Shown piece by piece: positions 42,076 to 54,099 of a DNA stretch of 64,000 nt. The DNA is from an uncultured Planctomycetaceae bacterium (GTDB taxonomy: Bacteria; Planctomycetota; Planctomycetia; Pirellulales; PALSA-1355). Position 1 is the stretch's first letter, and each line of letters starts with the position of its first letter. The translations under genes were made by a program, and so were the position numbers. The notes beneath the pieces are model-generated. The model was not told the origin of the DNA. It did not search any database and was given only the letters and a program-made list of their open reading frames with translations. The stretch is from assembly GCA_963785305.1 (NCBI GenBank), contig CAWAUV010000005.1, positions 320,001 to 384,000 of the forward strand. The letters run 5' to 3'.

Positions 42076-43359
42076 TTAGGCCGCGTGGCGGCGCGGGGCG
42101 GATTCGGCCGGTTTTGTCGGGCGGGATGTTTCCATGCCATAAAATCCGGCCACGCTCCGAGTCACCAACCGCTGCTCGCCGGCCGACAGCTCCGGGAAGA
42201 TCGGCAGCGCGATCGTCTCGGCCGCGGCGCGCTCCGATTCGGGCAGGCTGCCGGGGCGGTAGCCGAGATATTGGAAACACTCTTGTTGATGCAACGACAG
42301 CGGATAGTAAATCTCACTGCCCACGCCAACGCTCGCTAGATGCCGCCGCAGCGCGTCGCGGCCACCATCGGGCACGCGCACCACATACTGATTCCATACA
42401 TGGCGCCGCTCCGCCTGGACCTCGGGCAGCCCCACCACGCGATCCAGGCTCGCGAGTTGGAAAAGCTCGGTGTAGCGAGCGGCGTTGGCTTCGCGCATCT
42501 GGGTCCAGGTTTCGAGATGCGGGGTCTTCACATTGAGCAGCGCGGCTTGCAACGTGTCGAGGCGAGAATTGATACCGATCACGCGATGGTAATATCGCGG
42601 GGCCATGCCGTGTCCCCGCAAGAGGCGCAGTTTGTCGGCCAGATCGGCGCGGTTCGTGACACACATGCCGCCATCGCCCATGCCGCCCAAATTCTTCGTC
42701 GGGTAGAAGCTGATGCAGCCGATGTCGCCGATCGAGCCGGCGCGGCGTCCGGAGTGTTCGGCGCCGATCGCCTGGCAGGCGTCTTCGACCACGGCAAGTC
42801 CGTGGCGAGCCGCGATTTTACCGATCGCGTGCATATCGGCGCATTGGCCGAACAGATGCACGGGAATCACGGCCTTCGAGGCCGGCGTCACGAGCGAGGC
42901 CAAATGCGCGGGCGACATGTTGAACGAGCCCGGCTCGATATCGACGAATACCGGCTGGGCGCCCAAGCGCGTGACGGCGCTGGCGGTGGCGAAAAATGTG
43001 TAGCTAGGCAGGAGCACCTCGTCACCGGGACCCACTTCGAGCGCCATCAGCGCCAGCAAGAGGGCATCGCTGCCCAACGCGCAAGCCACGGCCTCGGCCG
43101 TTGTGCAGTGCTTCGCCATGAACTGCTCGAGTTGCTCGCACTCGGGCCCCAGCACGAAGCGGCCCGAGTTCAGCACCCGTTCCACGGCGGCGCGAAATTC
43201 GGGCATCAGCGGGCGATGCTGCCGGGCCAAATCGAGCAGCGGGGCGGTCGTCGGTTGGTCGGAAACGATGTCAGCCGCCGCGGTCGAGGGCGGGGTCTGC
43301 GAAGCGCCAGGAGTGTGAAATGGAACCGACGGATGATTGGCGGAATGCGGTGCGCTCAT
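42076..43359 (-). CDS. DegT/DnrJ/EryC1/StrS aminotransferase
   Basis: TFFATA, PVHLFGQ, EDACQAIGA, SFYPTKNLGGMGDGG, NSRLD. Confidence 0.94.
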   Translation of the reverse strand: MSAPHSANHPSVPFHTPGASQTPPSTAAADIVSDQPTTAPLLDLARQHRPLMPEFRAAVERVLNSGRFVLGPECEQLEQFMAKHCTTAEAVACALGSDALLLALMALEVGPGDEVLLPSYTFFATASAVTRLGAQPVFVDIEPGSFNMSPAHLASLVTPASKAVIPVHLFGQCADMHAIGKIAARHGLAVVEDACQAIGAEHSGRRAGSIGDIGCISFYPTKNLGGMGDGGMCVTNRADLADKLRLLRGHGMAPRYYHRVIGINSRLDTLQAALLNVKTPHLETWTQMREANAARYTELFQLASLDRVVGLPEVQAERRHVWNQYVVRVPDGGRDALRRHLASVGVGSEIYYPLSLHQQECFQYLGYRPGSLPESERAAAETIALPIFPELSAGEQRLVTRSVAGFYGMETSRPTKPAESAPRRHAA

Positions 43360-43684
43360 GCGTTATGCCTGTGACCTCGTGAAAAACAGGTAGGGAACAT
43401 CCATCCCGGCGTCGTCGCGGCGCGGAGATTAGGGGGAGCCAAGCCCGGCGTCAAGATGAGCGCTTTTGTCGAACGAGCGGAGGGGCGCCTCCGGTGAGCC
43501 CGCATTTTTCGCGGTTGCGAAACGCGGCGCGGCGCGCGACAATACTTCACTTCCCGCGGAATTTCCCGTGTTTGCACATGGAGCAACCACGGGCCCCATG
43601 AGTGCCCCAAGCGCGGCGGCGCGCACGAGATGTCGGGGTTTACCCGGGCGCCCTTCGCGCCGCGATATTCGAGGAGATCGTTTG

Positions 43685-44215
43685 ATGGTCAGCAAAATCG
43701 TTCAAGACGCGATCAATCGCCAAATCAATGCCGAGCTACATGCGTCGTACAGCTATCTGGCGATGTCGGCCTATTGCCAGCATCAAAATTTCCTTGGCTG
43801 CGCCCATTGGCTGCGCGTGCAAAGCCGCGAGGAATACGGCCATGCCATGAAGCTGTTCGACTTTCTGATGGCTCGCAACGGAATCGCGCACCTGACAGCG
43901 CTCGCCGAGCCAAGAATCAACTTCAAGCATGTGGCCGATGTGTTCGAGCATGGTCTGGCCCAGGAAGAAGAAGTGACCAAGCAAATCGACGGATTGTATG
44001 AGCTGGCGTTCAAGGAAAAGGCATTTGCCCTGGTGGTCGAGCTTCAGTGGTTCTTGACCGAGCAGGTCGAGGAAGAGAAGACGGCTCGCGAGATCGTGGG
44101 CAAGTTCAAGCTCGTGGGCAACGATCCCGCGTCGCTCTTGGACCTGGATCGGGAATTGGGCGCTGCGCGCTCGAGGATGCTTGACCGGCGAGCCTTTGAA
44201 ATCCGAGTGACTTAG
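43685..44215 (+). CDS. ftnA: non-haem ferritin
   Basis: INRQINAELHASYSYLAMS, QSREEYGHAMK, LQWFLTEQVEEE. Confidence 0.92.
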   Translation: MVSKIVQDAINRQINAELHASYSYLAMSAYCQHQNFLGCAHWLRVQSREEYGHAMKLFDFLMARNGIAHLTALAEPRINFKHVADVFEHGLAQEEEVTKQIDGLYELAFKEKAFALVVELQWFLTEQVEEEKTAREIVGKFKLVGNDPASLLDLDRELGAARSRMLDRRAFEIRVT

Positions 44216-44224
44216 GCGGTCATC

Positions 44225-45566
44225 ATGGCGGACGAGTTGAACCCCTATCGGGCTCCGGCCGAAGCAAGCTCGCCCGCGCCGCTTTTGGAATCGCCGGCCG
44301 ACCAGTCGCCTCGGCGCGAAGTCGACAGCCTCGCCGACTTGAGCGCGACGCAATGGAAATCGGGCGCCGCGGCGTGGCTCGGCTGGCTGTTCGACGGCCT
44401 CGACATGCATCTCTACACCGGCATCGCGGCGCCGTTCGTGGCCGAGCTGCTGCAAACCTCGAAAGACGATCCGAGCGTCGGGTGGCACGGTTCGCTCATT
44501 CAAGCGGCCTTCATGACAGGCTGGGCCCTGGGCGGGGCGCTGTTCGGACGGTTGGGCGATCGCCTCGGTCGCTCGCGGGCGCTAGTGCTCACGATTCTCA
44601 CCTACGCGATCTTCACCGGGCTCGCCTTTTTCGCCACTCATTGGTGGCACCTGCTGATATTTCGATTTCTCGCCGCGCTCGGCATCGGCGGCGAATGGGC
44701 CGTAGGCGCCTCGCTGCTCTCGGAAACATGGCCGCGACGCTGGCGGCCGTGGATCGCGGCGGTGTTGCAGACAGCCGTGAATATCGGCTCGCTCTTGGCC
44801 GGCGTGGCCACTTTTCTCCTGGCCGACGCGCCGGTGCGATGCGTGTTTCTGGTCGGAGTGCTACCGGCGCTGCTGGTCTTGTGGATCCGCCGCGAGGTGC
44901 CCGAGCCCGAGGAGTGGCATGCGGCCCGCGAGCGTCTCGCGCGGGGGCCAGTCCGTGAGGGCGCCGGGGATCTTGGACCTGTTTGGCGCTCCGCTCCGGC
45001 GCATTACGCTCTTGACCATGACCGTGTGCGCACTGTCGCTCACCGGGCACTGGGCGTTCATGTTTTGGCACCTTCAACACGTGCAGCACCTGCCCGAGGT
45101 GGCAAGTTGGGAGCAGGCGCCGAGACAGCAATATGTGGGCACGGCGCTGGCGATCGTGATGGGGTCGTCGATCATCGGCAATTTCGCGGCGGCGGCGCTG
45201 GCCCGGGCATTTGGCTATCGGCCGGCGATCGTGGGCTTGTGTCTCATGTATTTCGCGGCCATGTTTTCGACCTATTACGTGCCGCGAGACCACGAGACGA
45301 TTCTCTTTTTCATCTCGCTCGTGGGTCTTTCCCAGGGGATGTTCGGGCTGTTCACGATGTATCTGCCTCCCTTGTTTCCGCCGCTGGTGCGCACGACCGG
45401 CGCCGGGTTTTGCTACAACATCGGCCGGCTCGCGGCGGCGGCGGGAATCGTGTTGTTCGGCCTTTTTTCGGATAAGGTCGATTACCGGCTGACGCTGCTC
45501 TATGCCAGCGTCCTGTTCGTGCCGGCGGCCGTGGTGGCCATGTTTTTGCCCGAACCGAAGCAGTGA
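44225..45566 (+). CDS. MFS transporter (frameshift near 44945)
   Basis: GWLFDGLD, GRLGDRLGR motif A, RFLAALGIGGEW, RTTGAGFCYNIGR. Confidence 0.92.
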
Positions 45567-45886
45567 CGTTGCCGGGGTCGGGGGTCGAGTATTGACGGGC
45601 CGACTTTTTCCGCCCGCGCAATTTCCCGCAAGCAATGCTGGCGCTGGCCTCGGTAGCATGCCGCGCCCGCGAATTAACCGCTGGTCGCGCAGCAAGCGGC
45701 GAATGCCATTGCCGGAATTGGGCAAAAAAGTTTTAATCGCCCCAGCTTACGCCGGTCGCTCCCTTCGCCCCGCGTCGCGCCAGCAGCGCCTCGCGATTTT
45801 GCATTACAAAGCATTAAGGCTTGCGATGCTTTCGGGAGCATATGCCGATAGAAGATATCGTACTAATTGCAACGAGGAAACCGTTC

Positions 45887-46189
45887 ATGTTGGATCGCGA
45901 ATCTTTGCGCGAAGAGCTCAAGGCGATTTTCGAGGACGACACCGGCAAGACCATCGAAACGCTTGGCGACGATATCGAACTGCGCGACGGCCTCGGCCTC
46001 GACTCGCTCGATGTCGTGAGCTTGGTGATGCGCATCGAACAACGGTACCGGATTCGTCTGGTGCATGAGGAACTGTCGCAAGTGTCGACCGTCGGCCAAC
46101 TCTTGAGCTTGATCCACGAAAAGATCGAACATGACGCGTCGTCGGCGTCGGACGCCGTCCGCGCGACCTCGCATCGCAAAGCGGCGTAA
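45887..46189 (+). CDS. acyl carrier protein
   Basis: LGLDSLDVVSLVMRIE phosphopantetheine motif, STVGQLL; SD GAGGA. Confidence 0.9.
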   Translation: MLDRESLREELKAIFEDDTGKTIETLGDDIELRDGLGLDSLDVVSLVMRIEQRYRIRLVHEELSQVSTVGQLLSLIHEKIEHDASSASDAVRATSHRKAA

Positions 46190-46242
46190 GCGACTCGCGC
46201 TTTCGCCGCGTCTCCCATCCAATCCATAGCAAAGGACACGAG

Positions 46243-47549
46243 GTGCTCAAACCAGCGCTGCCACCGCTTGATGCCCTCATTCAATCGTTAAGCCAGACAA
46301 GCATCGTCAAATTCTTCGAATTCGCGGAAACGCAGTTCGGAGAAGACACGCTCAAGCAATTGAGCTTCGATGCCGTCGGTCCGAACCGCGAGGTGGAGAT
46401 CGATGGCCATCGGTTGGTGAATTTCGGCTTCGATAGCTTCCTGGGCCTAGATCAAGACCCTCGCGTCAAAGACGCCGTGATTCGCGGCGCTGCGCTGGGG
46501 CACGCAGTTCGGCGCCTCGCGCGCCTTCGCCATCTGCGGGGCCGAGGTCGAGCTCGAACAAAAAATCGCCGATTGGATGGGCGCCGAAGCCGCCGTGATT
46601 TTTCCAAGCGTCACCCTGACCAATGCCGGGGTTCTTGCTGGACTCACCACGCCGCACGATGTGCTCGTCTACGACGAATTGGCGCACAACTCGATCCAAG
46701 AAGGCGCCAAGATCGCCAAGGCCAACGGAGTGCGCGTGCTCAGCTTTTCCCACAACGACCCGCGCGACCTTGAACGGGTGCTGATCCAAGCGGCGCCCTA
46801 CAACATCGCGATCATCGCCATCGATGGCGTGTACAGCATGAGCGGCGTGATCGCGCCGATGCAAGCACTGAACGAAGTAGCGCTGCGACATAATGGCGTG
46901 CTGCTCGTCGACGACGCGCATGCCACGGGAGTGCTCGGCGAGCAAGGTCGCGGCACCGTGCTCGAAGCTCTGGGCAATTACGACAACGCCGTCGCGATCG
47001 GCTGTTTCTCGAAAGCGTGCAGCGTGTTCGGCGCGTTTGTCGCGTGCAACAAGGCCCTGGCGCGCATGATCAAAATGCGGCTCGAACACCTACATCTTCG
47101 GTGGCCCGGCGCCGCCGCCGTATATCGAGGCTGCCTCGACCGTGATCGATATCTTCCGCTCGGCCGACTATGCCGGATTGCGATCGCGGCTCGACCGCAA
47201 TGTTCGCCATTTGGTCTCCGGACTCGAAGGGCTCGATCTGGTGGTGCTTGGCGGGCGATCGCCGATCGTCTCCGTGCTGGTGGGCGACGAAGAAGATGTG
47301 TTTCGAGCCGGCCGCATCGTTTTCGACCACGGCTATTATATTCAATCCGTCACCGTGCCGGCGGTTCCCTATCGCGCGGCCGTGCTGCGCATTCAAATCA
47401 ACAGCAACCACGCGTCGCAAGCGATCGATGGCCTGCTCAACGCGATGGCCGCCGTGAAACGCGAGATCGACATGCCCACGGCTTCCGCCGCGCACCGCCG
47501 GAATGTGATTCCGATTCGCGAGGGCGAGTCGCTTCGCAAGGCGGCATAG
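46243..47549 (+). CDS. alpha-oxoamine synthase (BioF/SPT/RkpG-like class II PLP enzyme), two frameshifts
   Basis: NFGFDSFLGL, YDELAHNSI, FSHND, DGVYSMSG, VDDAHATG, GCFSKA (PLP Lys), VPAVP...LRIQI. Confidence 0.88.
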
Positions 47550-47569
47550 CGGAGTCCGGCGCCGGAGAG

Positions 47570-47948
47570 CTAAGCGTCGCTCGCGAGGTCGAGCGAGAGC
47601 ACCGCGTCGAGGTCGGCGAAGAACTGCCCCCGCGTCACCACCCGGTCGCAGCCTGCCCGTCGGGCCTGGGCAAGTCGCTCGGCTTGCACATGCGCTCCGA
47701 AGGCGACGATCGAGAGCGGTCCGACCCCCGCGGCGCCAGAGGTCGCCGCGCGCGCCGGCGACGAGCGCCTCGATGTCGAGTCCGGGCAACGCCAGATCGA
47801 CGAGCACGAGCCGAACCGGTTCGCGGCCGATCGCCTCGAGCAGCGGTTCGAGACGCGCGATCGTCGCGAGCGCACGGCCGCGGCCGCGGGCCACGCCCGA
47901 CACTCGCGAGATCGTCATCAAATCGCCGGATACGAGGGCCACGCTCAT
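47570..47948 (-). CDS. single-domain atypical receiver-like protein (frameshift)
   Basis: MSVALVSGDLMTISRV, LVLVDLALPG, IVAFGAHV...ARRAGCDRVVTRGQF. Confidence 0.65.
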
Positions 47949-47995
47949 CGTTGAAGGCTTTCGATTGACATGTGCGGGCGCCGAGAAAATAGCGA

Positions 47996-48343
47996 TCAAA
48001 CCGCCTCGGGTCCGCGGGCCCAGGGATTGAAATCCACCGCTTCCAAAGCGGGCAACACGAAGATTTTGCCATCGCCGATATTGCCATCGGGCGGCGTGCG
48101 GGCCACGGACGAGATCGTGTCGATCGTGCGTTCGAGAAAGTCTTCGTTCACCACGATCTCGAGCGCGATCTTGCGGAGTAGGTTCGTTTTGTATTCCGCC
48201 CCGCGGTAGGTTTCGGTTTGGCCCTTTTGCCGCGCGAATCCTTGCGCGTCGCACACGGTCATCCGCGTGACGCCGATCTTATCGAGCGCTTCGCGCACCG
48301 CTTTGAGCTTCGTGGGCTGAATGATCGCGATCACCATGCGCAT
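47996..48343 (-). CDS. glnB: P-II nitrogen regulatory protein
   Basis: MVIAIIQPTKL, GFARQKG, T-loop ETYRGAEY, GNIGDGKIFV. Confidence 0.92.
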   Translation of the reverse strand: MRMVIAIIQPTKLKAVREALDKIGVTRMTVCDAQGFARQKGQTETYRGAEYKTNLLRKIALEIVVNEDFLERTIDTISSVARTPPDGNIGDGKIFVLPALEAVDFNPWARGPEAV

Positions 48344-48433
48344 GGCGCTCACCTTGTCGGGAAAACGGGTCTCGATCGCCGAGCGGAGTCGGCCCGAAAG
48401 CCGCCGCCGCGGGGTCGTTCGCCTTCGAGTTCG

Positions 48434-50172
48434 TCAGCGGATGAACGTCAGACCGGGATCCGCCGGGTTTTCGCCCGAAAGCTTGAAGTTCATCCGCCCG
48501 TCGGCCACGAGTCCCACCTGCCCGACGAGCTCGTTGTTGTCGGCGGCCTTGAGCACAAGCACGTTGTCGGCCAGCGTGTAGTTGCCGCGGAGGTCTTGGG
48601 TCGTGGGTCCGTGGGCCACTTGCCAATCGAACTGCTTGTCGGCGTTGAGCGAAAGCGTGATTTTCGTGCCATCGGGCTGGCTGGCGGTCCAGGTTCCAAT
48701 CAAATTCGTGGGCGCGGGCGGGCTCAGCGCCACGGGCGCTGCTTGGGCCACGGCGGGCACGGCGCCCGGTGAGATCGAGTTGAGCAGTTGCGCCGCGAGT
48801 TGATTTTGCGGCTGCTGTCGCACCACGGTTCGCAGTTCGGCGGCGGCGGCGTCGCTCGCTCCCTGGACCATGTACTGATAGGCCAAGACAAAGGCCGCGT
48901 CGGCCGCGTTCGGATTCGCGGTGCAATAGGCCTCGAGCGCTCGCAACTGTTGGGTGTAGATATTCACGTTCGGATAAAGGCCGACGACGGTGGTCCAATC
49001 CCAGCCCGGCCCCTGCGAGAGCACCGCGTAGTCCGTGGCGGCGGCCTGCTGATAATTGCCTTGGGCAAATTGGCACAGGCCGAGAAATTGATGCAGCACG
49101 GGATCACTTGGCATTAGGGCAATTGCCTGCTCGGTGAGCGACTGCGCGGTTTGAAAATCGCCTTGCCCAAAGGCCACCCGCGCTTGATCGAACACCGCGA
49201 TCGACTGATCCTGGGGCGCGTAGCCGTTTTGGGCGAGGGCGCTGCCCGCGTTGAGATTGGGGTCGGTGTTCGTGATTCCGCCGACGGGAGTCGAGGCATA
49301 AGCGAGCGGCTGGCCGTAGTTGTATCCGGCGTAGCCCGCGCCGCCGCCGTTCCAAAAAGGATTGCTATAGCTGTAATAGCCCCAGTTCCAAGGCGACATG
49401 GATCCCATGGCCAGCCCGAGGCCCAGGCCGGTGAGCCCCCAACCGGCGCCACCATAGCCACCATAGCCACCATAGCCGCCGTAGCCACCACCCCAGCCAA
49501 CCGGGTAGTAGCCGCCGCCGCCCCAGTTGCCGTGCCAGTTGCCGTTGTACCAGCCGCCGTGGTTCCAGTTGTGGTTATTCCACTGGTTCAGGCCATAGCC
49601 GCCGGCGAAAGCATGGCCCCCGGCCCAGCCAGCATGGCCGCCAGCCCAGCCAGCCTGACCGCCGTTGAAGCCGCCCGGGTGATTGTTGAAATTGCCTCCG
49701 CCCGGGCCGAAACCATTGGCGCGCGGTCCCTGCCCCGCGGCGCCGGGACTAAAGCCGCCGGGATGTTCGCCGGGACCGGGGCCACCGGGATGGAACTGAT
49801 TGACACCGCCGGGGCGCCCACCAGCGAAGTTATTACCCTCGCCAAACGAGGGCGTGTGCCCGAAGCCGGCCGCCGCTCCGCCGGTTCGGCCGGCAAAGTT
49901 TTGGGGATGGCCGGCGAAGTTTTGCGGATGGCCCGCGGGGCCTTCAGCTCGCCCAGCGCCGCGCGCGGTTGGCCTTCGAACCCACCGGGGCGCCCCCCGG
50001 CCTGAAATCCTCCGCCGGGATGCCCTCCGGCAAAGTGGCCCCCTCCGGCGCGGCCCCCGCCGGCGTGTCCGCCACCACCGCCGCGTCCGCACCAAGCAAT
50101 TTCGGGCGAACCCAAGAGCGCCAAACCGCCGATGGCCGCGGCCAACATGCCATGCATTGATTGATTCATCAT
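48434..50172 (-). CDS. secreted Gly/Tyr/Trp/Asn-rich low-complexity protein with TPR and C-terminal beta domain (frameshift near 5' end)
   Basis: signal peptide in ORF 49588..50208, HPQNFAG x2, GGY repeats, WNWGYYSYSNPF, TPR FDQARVAFGQGDF...LCQFAQGNYQQAAA. Confidence 0.8.
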
Positions 50173-50241
50173 CGCAAACTCTCGCGAAATCGGAGGAGGG
50201 AATTCCAAGGGTCCGTCATGCGTTCACTTTAGGACACACGC

Positions 50242-51404
50242 TCACGGCGCCGGCCGAGGCTTCGCGCCCGGACCCGGCGGGCTCCGAACCACGCTCACCG
50301 TCTTGATATCCGGCGAAGCTTCGCCGCCCACCAGACGATCGCGCGATTCGAATGTGTATTTGTGATCGTTCACGCGCGTGAACACTTGCGTCGCGGAGCC
50401 GACTTTGCCGTCGTGGCTCACGCCACGCAGCTTCACGATCCAGCGGTTCTTATCGCGAGTCCAGTAGCCCTCGCCAAATCCACCGTTCGAGTCGAAAATC
50501 CAGGACCGAATCTGATGGCCCACCGGATCCCAGCCGATGCGCTGCGACCCGGCCATGATCGCTTGCCCGGCCACATGCAGCGAGTATTCCGACACCAGGA
50601 AGGTGTGATTCTCGTTCCAGGCATACGTGGCTTTCACGAGCCCGCCCTCGCTCTCATCGACCCAGTCGCCCACCAGCCAGCCAAGTTGCTCGAGCTCGGT
50701 CGCGGCGGTGGCTTGCGGATCATCGAAGTCGCGGGCCGCGGCCATGAGCCACTTGCCGTTGGCCTGCTTCGCGTGGGTCACGCTGTAGCGAAGACGCTCG
50801 GGCGCTTCGCCCGGCTCATTCGTCACGGCGGTCGTGCCTTCTTCGATGGCGAGCGTGGGCGTGGCGAAAAGAATCGACTCGATCGTAATCCGCATGGTGG
50901 CGCGCGGGTGTTGGCGAAATCCGTCGGCGAAGAGGGCGGCAATGGCCTCGCGCCCTTGATCGGGCGAGCCTGATACATCGAAGATCACGGCGTTGGGAGC
51001 AAACATGGCCGCCAGGGCGCTTGTGTCTTTGGCGTCGAACGCGTGAACGAACAGTTCGGCCATATGCCGAATCGCGGCTTCATCGGCGCTCATGCCCGAG
51101 GCCGCTTGGCCTTGCGCGCCGCCCGTGCCCGCCGCTGGCGTGCCGGGCGACGCCGCCGCGCCCGATGATGGCGAGGGGCCCGATGATGGCGAGGGGCCCG
51201 ATGCAGGCGCCGCGGTCCTCGCGACCGGGGCGCCCGTGGCCGGACCAGCCGCGGGCGAGTTCGCCGGCGCGGCGTTGGGGCGACCGGCGGCCGGCGCCGG
51301 ACGCGCCGCGCCGGGTCTGGGCGCCGCGGCGCTTGGGCGGATGCCGTTGCGATCGCGCCGAGCAAACATATGCCGCCGATCAAACATGCGTTAACAGTGC
51401 GCAT
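50242..51404 (-). CDS. secreted SgcJ/EcaC (DUF4440, NTF2-like) protein (frameshift near signal peptide)
   Basis: Pro/Ala linker, DEAAIR...FVHAFDAKD, LEQLGWLVGDW, IGWDP...IRSWIFDSNGGFG. Confidence 0.82.
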
Positions 51405-51586
51405 GGAAAGAACCTCGACAAGTTTGGGGTGATTTTATAATTTCGCTCGCGAGCAGCGCGACATTGTATCCGTTCGCGCCGCGTCTCGCGAGGGTCCCAG
51501 ACGGCTCGACCGAAGGCGGCGACGATCGACGGCTTGACGCATCCCTAATCGCGCGGAAGCAAATTCGGCCGGCGCCTGGGAGAATG

Positions 51587-52797
51587 TCAGTCGCCCGCCA
51601 GTTCGCGCAGCGCCTGCTCCACGCCCACCGCCACGCGCGCCGCGCGTTCATAGTCGAGCGTGTCGGGCGTGTCGGTCGGCCGGTGGTAGTTCGGGTTCCG
51701 GAAGTGGGCGGTGTCGGTGATCATCATCGCCGAGTAGCCTTGCTGCCAAAACGCCCAATGATCCGACCAGCCCACGCCATCGATTCCCTCGGGCAGCGCC
51801 GCGCCTTCCGACGGGAACCGCACGCCGCGACGAAAGGCCGCCGTGCCACGAACAACCAGATCATCCGACGCCAAGTTCCCCACGAAACCCACGAAGTCGC
51901 CGGTCGAACCATACATGAACGACACGGTGAGCGGGTAATGCTGGCTCTTCGGCTTGTCGCTATAGTAGCCCACCATTTCAAGGCTCAGCATCGCGACGAC
52001 GTTTTCTTGCATCGCGCGGCAGCGTTTGGCGTAGACCAGCGAACCCATTTGCGGAGTCTGAAAATAGGGCTCCTCTTCGTTTACGAACGCCACGAATCGC
52101 ACGGTGTGCGCCGGCTTCTCGGCCGCCAAGCGCCGGGCGAGGGTAAGCAGCATCGCCACTCCCGAGGCGTTGTCGTCGGCGCCGGGAGTGCCGCGGTTCG
52201 AGTCGTAGTGGGCGCCCAGGATCACGATCTCGTCGGCTTTGGCCGCGCCGGGAAGTTCGGCTTCGATATTGTCGCACGATTTGCCGTGGACATCGAAGTT
52301 TTGCCGCTTGGGCTTGTAGCCGGCCGCGGTGAATTGGCGCTCGATAAAATTCGCCGCCTCGACCAATTGCGGATAATGATCCAAATTCCGCTCGCCGATT
52401 TTTCCGGCGAGCTGCTCGACATCGCTCTTGAGCGATTGGGCGATGCCGTGTTCATCGTCGCTCAGCGCCGGCAGGGGGCCGGCGAAGCTATCGCCGGGCG
52501 CGTGAAACATGGGCGTGCGGCGTTTGGACTTGACGGCGGGCCGTGGGGTCGAGGCCGGGGGTCCGCGGCGCCGGTTGTGTTCGCGTCGTCCGCGGGTTCC
52601 GCCGGCTTGCCCTCGGTATTATTCGCGGCCACCGGACCTTTCTCCGCCGCCGACGCCACCTGCTCGCCGACGGTCGGCTCGTTCACTCGGCCGCAGCCGG
52701 CGCCCAGCGCGGCCAGAAGCATCAGTGTCCAGCCGCCGAGGTCGCATGGAACCGCCCAGCCGCCGCGGAATTTTCGATGGGTGATCGTGCTTCGCAT
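51587..52797 (-). CDS. M28-family peptidase, probable lipoprotein (frameshift near 52520)
   Basis: lipobox LGAGC, GAHYDS, GADDNASG, FVNEEEP, WSDHWAFW, YHRPTD. Confidence 0.88.
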
Positions 52798-52841
52798 GCG
52801 TGCAGTATATCGGTCCCGACGGCGATTAGCCTAGGGGCGAG

Positions 52842-53324
52842 CTACTCGGCGGATGCTCGCGCGGGCCGCGCCACGCTTCGCAAAACGCCGTTGACTTGCA
52901 CGCAATAGCCAAGCGCCGCCGAGAGCGCGGTCTGCAAACCGATCAATTGCCACCCAGAAATCGTCGCCCGCGGCCAGCGCCAGGCGATTGCATGCACCGC
53001 GACCAGCAGGATCGCCAGGGCCGCGAGGCCATTCGTAAGCGCCAAACGAATCGCAGGGCCGCGCCACGGTTCGCGCGGGCGAACATCGGGCCCCGCCGCT
53101 CCAGAGCGCAGAAACAACACCCCGTTCATCACGCCGAAAAATGTCGCCAGCGAGAACAAGAGAAACGCCATGGGCCCGAGAAATATCTCGACCGAAAAAC
53201 GCCCCGTGAGCGGCACGCTCGCTTGCGAATGCAAAAAATACCAGCACACGGGGCCGTTGATCAGCACATTGATCACGGCGTCGCGCGGGCCGGCGACCGT
53301 GAGTGCGAATCGCCAGAGAGTCAT
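52842..53324 (-). CDS. hypothetical membrane protein
   Basis: about four hydrophobic segments, co-oriented between aquaporin and peptidase. Confidence 0.6.
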   Translation of the reverse strand: MTLWRFALTVAGPRDAVINVLINGPVCWYFLHSQASVPLTGRFSVEIFLGPMAFLLFSLATFFGVMNGVLFLRSGAAGPDVRPREPWRGPAIRLALTNGLAALAILLVAVHAIAWRWPRATISGWQLIGLQTALSAALGYCVQVNGVLRSVARPARASAE

Positions 53325-53361
53325 GCGGACGAATGCTCCGGTTCGTGTTCCATGCCAACGA

Positions 53362-54099
<738 letters not shown>

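Noticed and set aside
45844..45851. Sigma28-like -10 box GCCGATAG upstream of ACP
   Set aside because: No TAAA-like -35 at 15-bp spacing; insufficient alone
51157..51203. 18-bp tandem repeats (also at 19659-19697 and 49449-49480) as CRISPR or VNTR arrays
   Set aside because: In-frame low-complexity coding repeats with no spacers and no cas genes in the window
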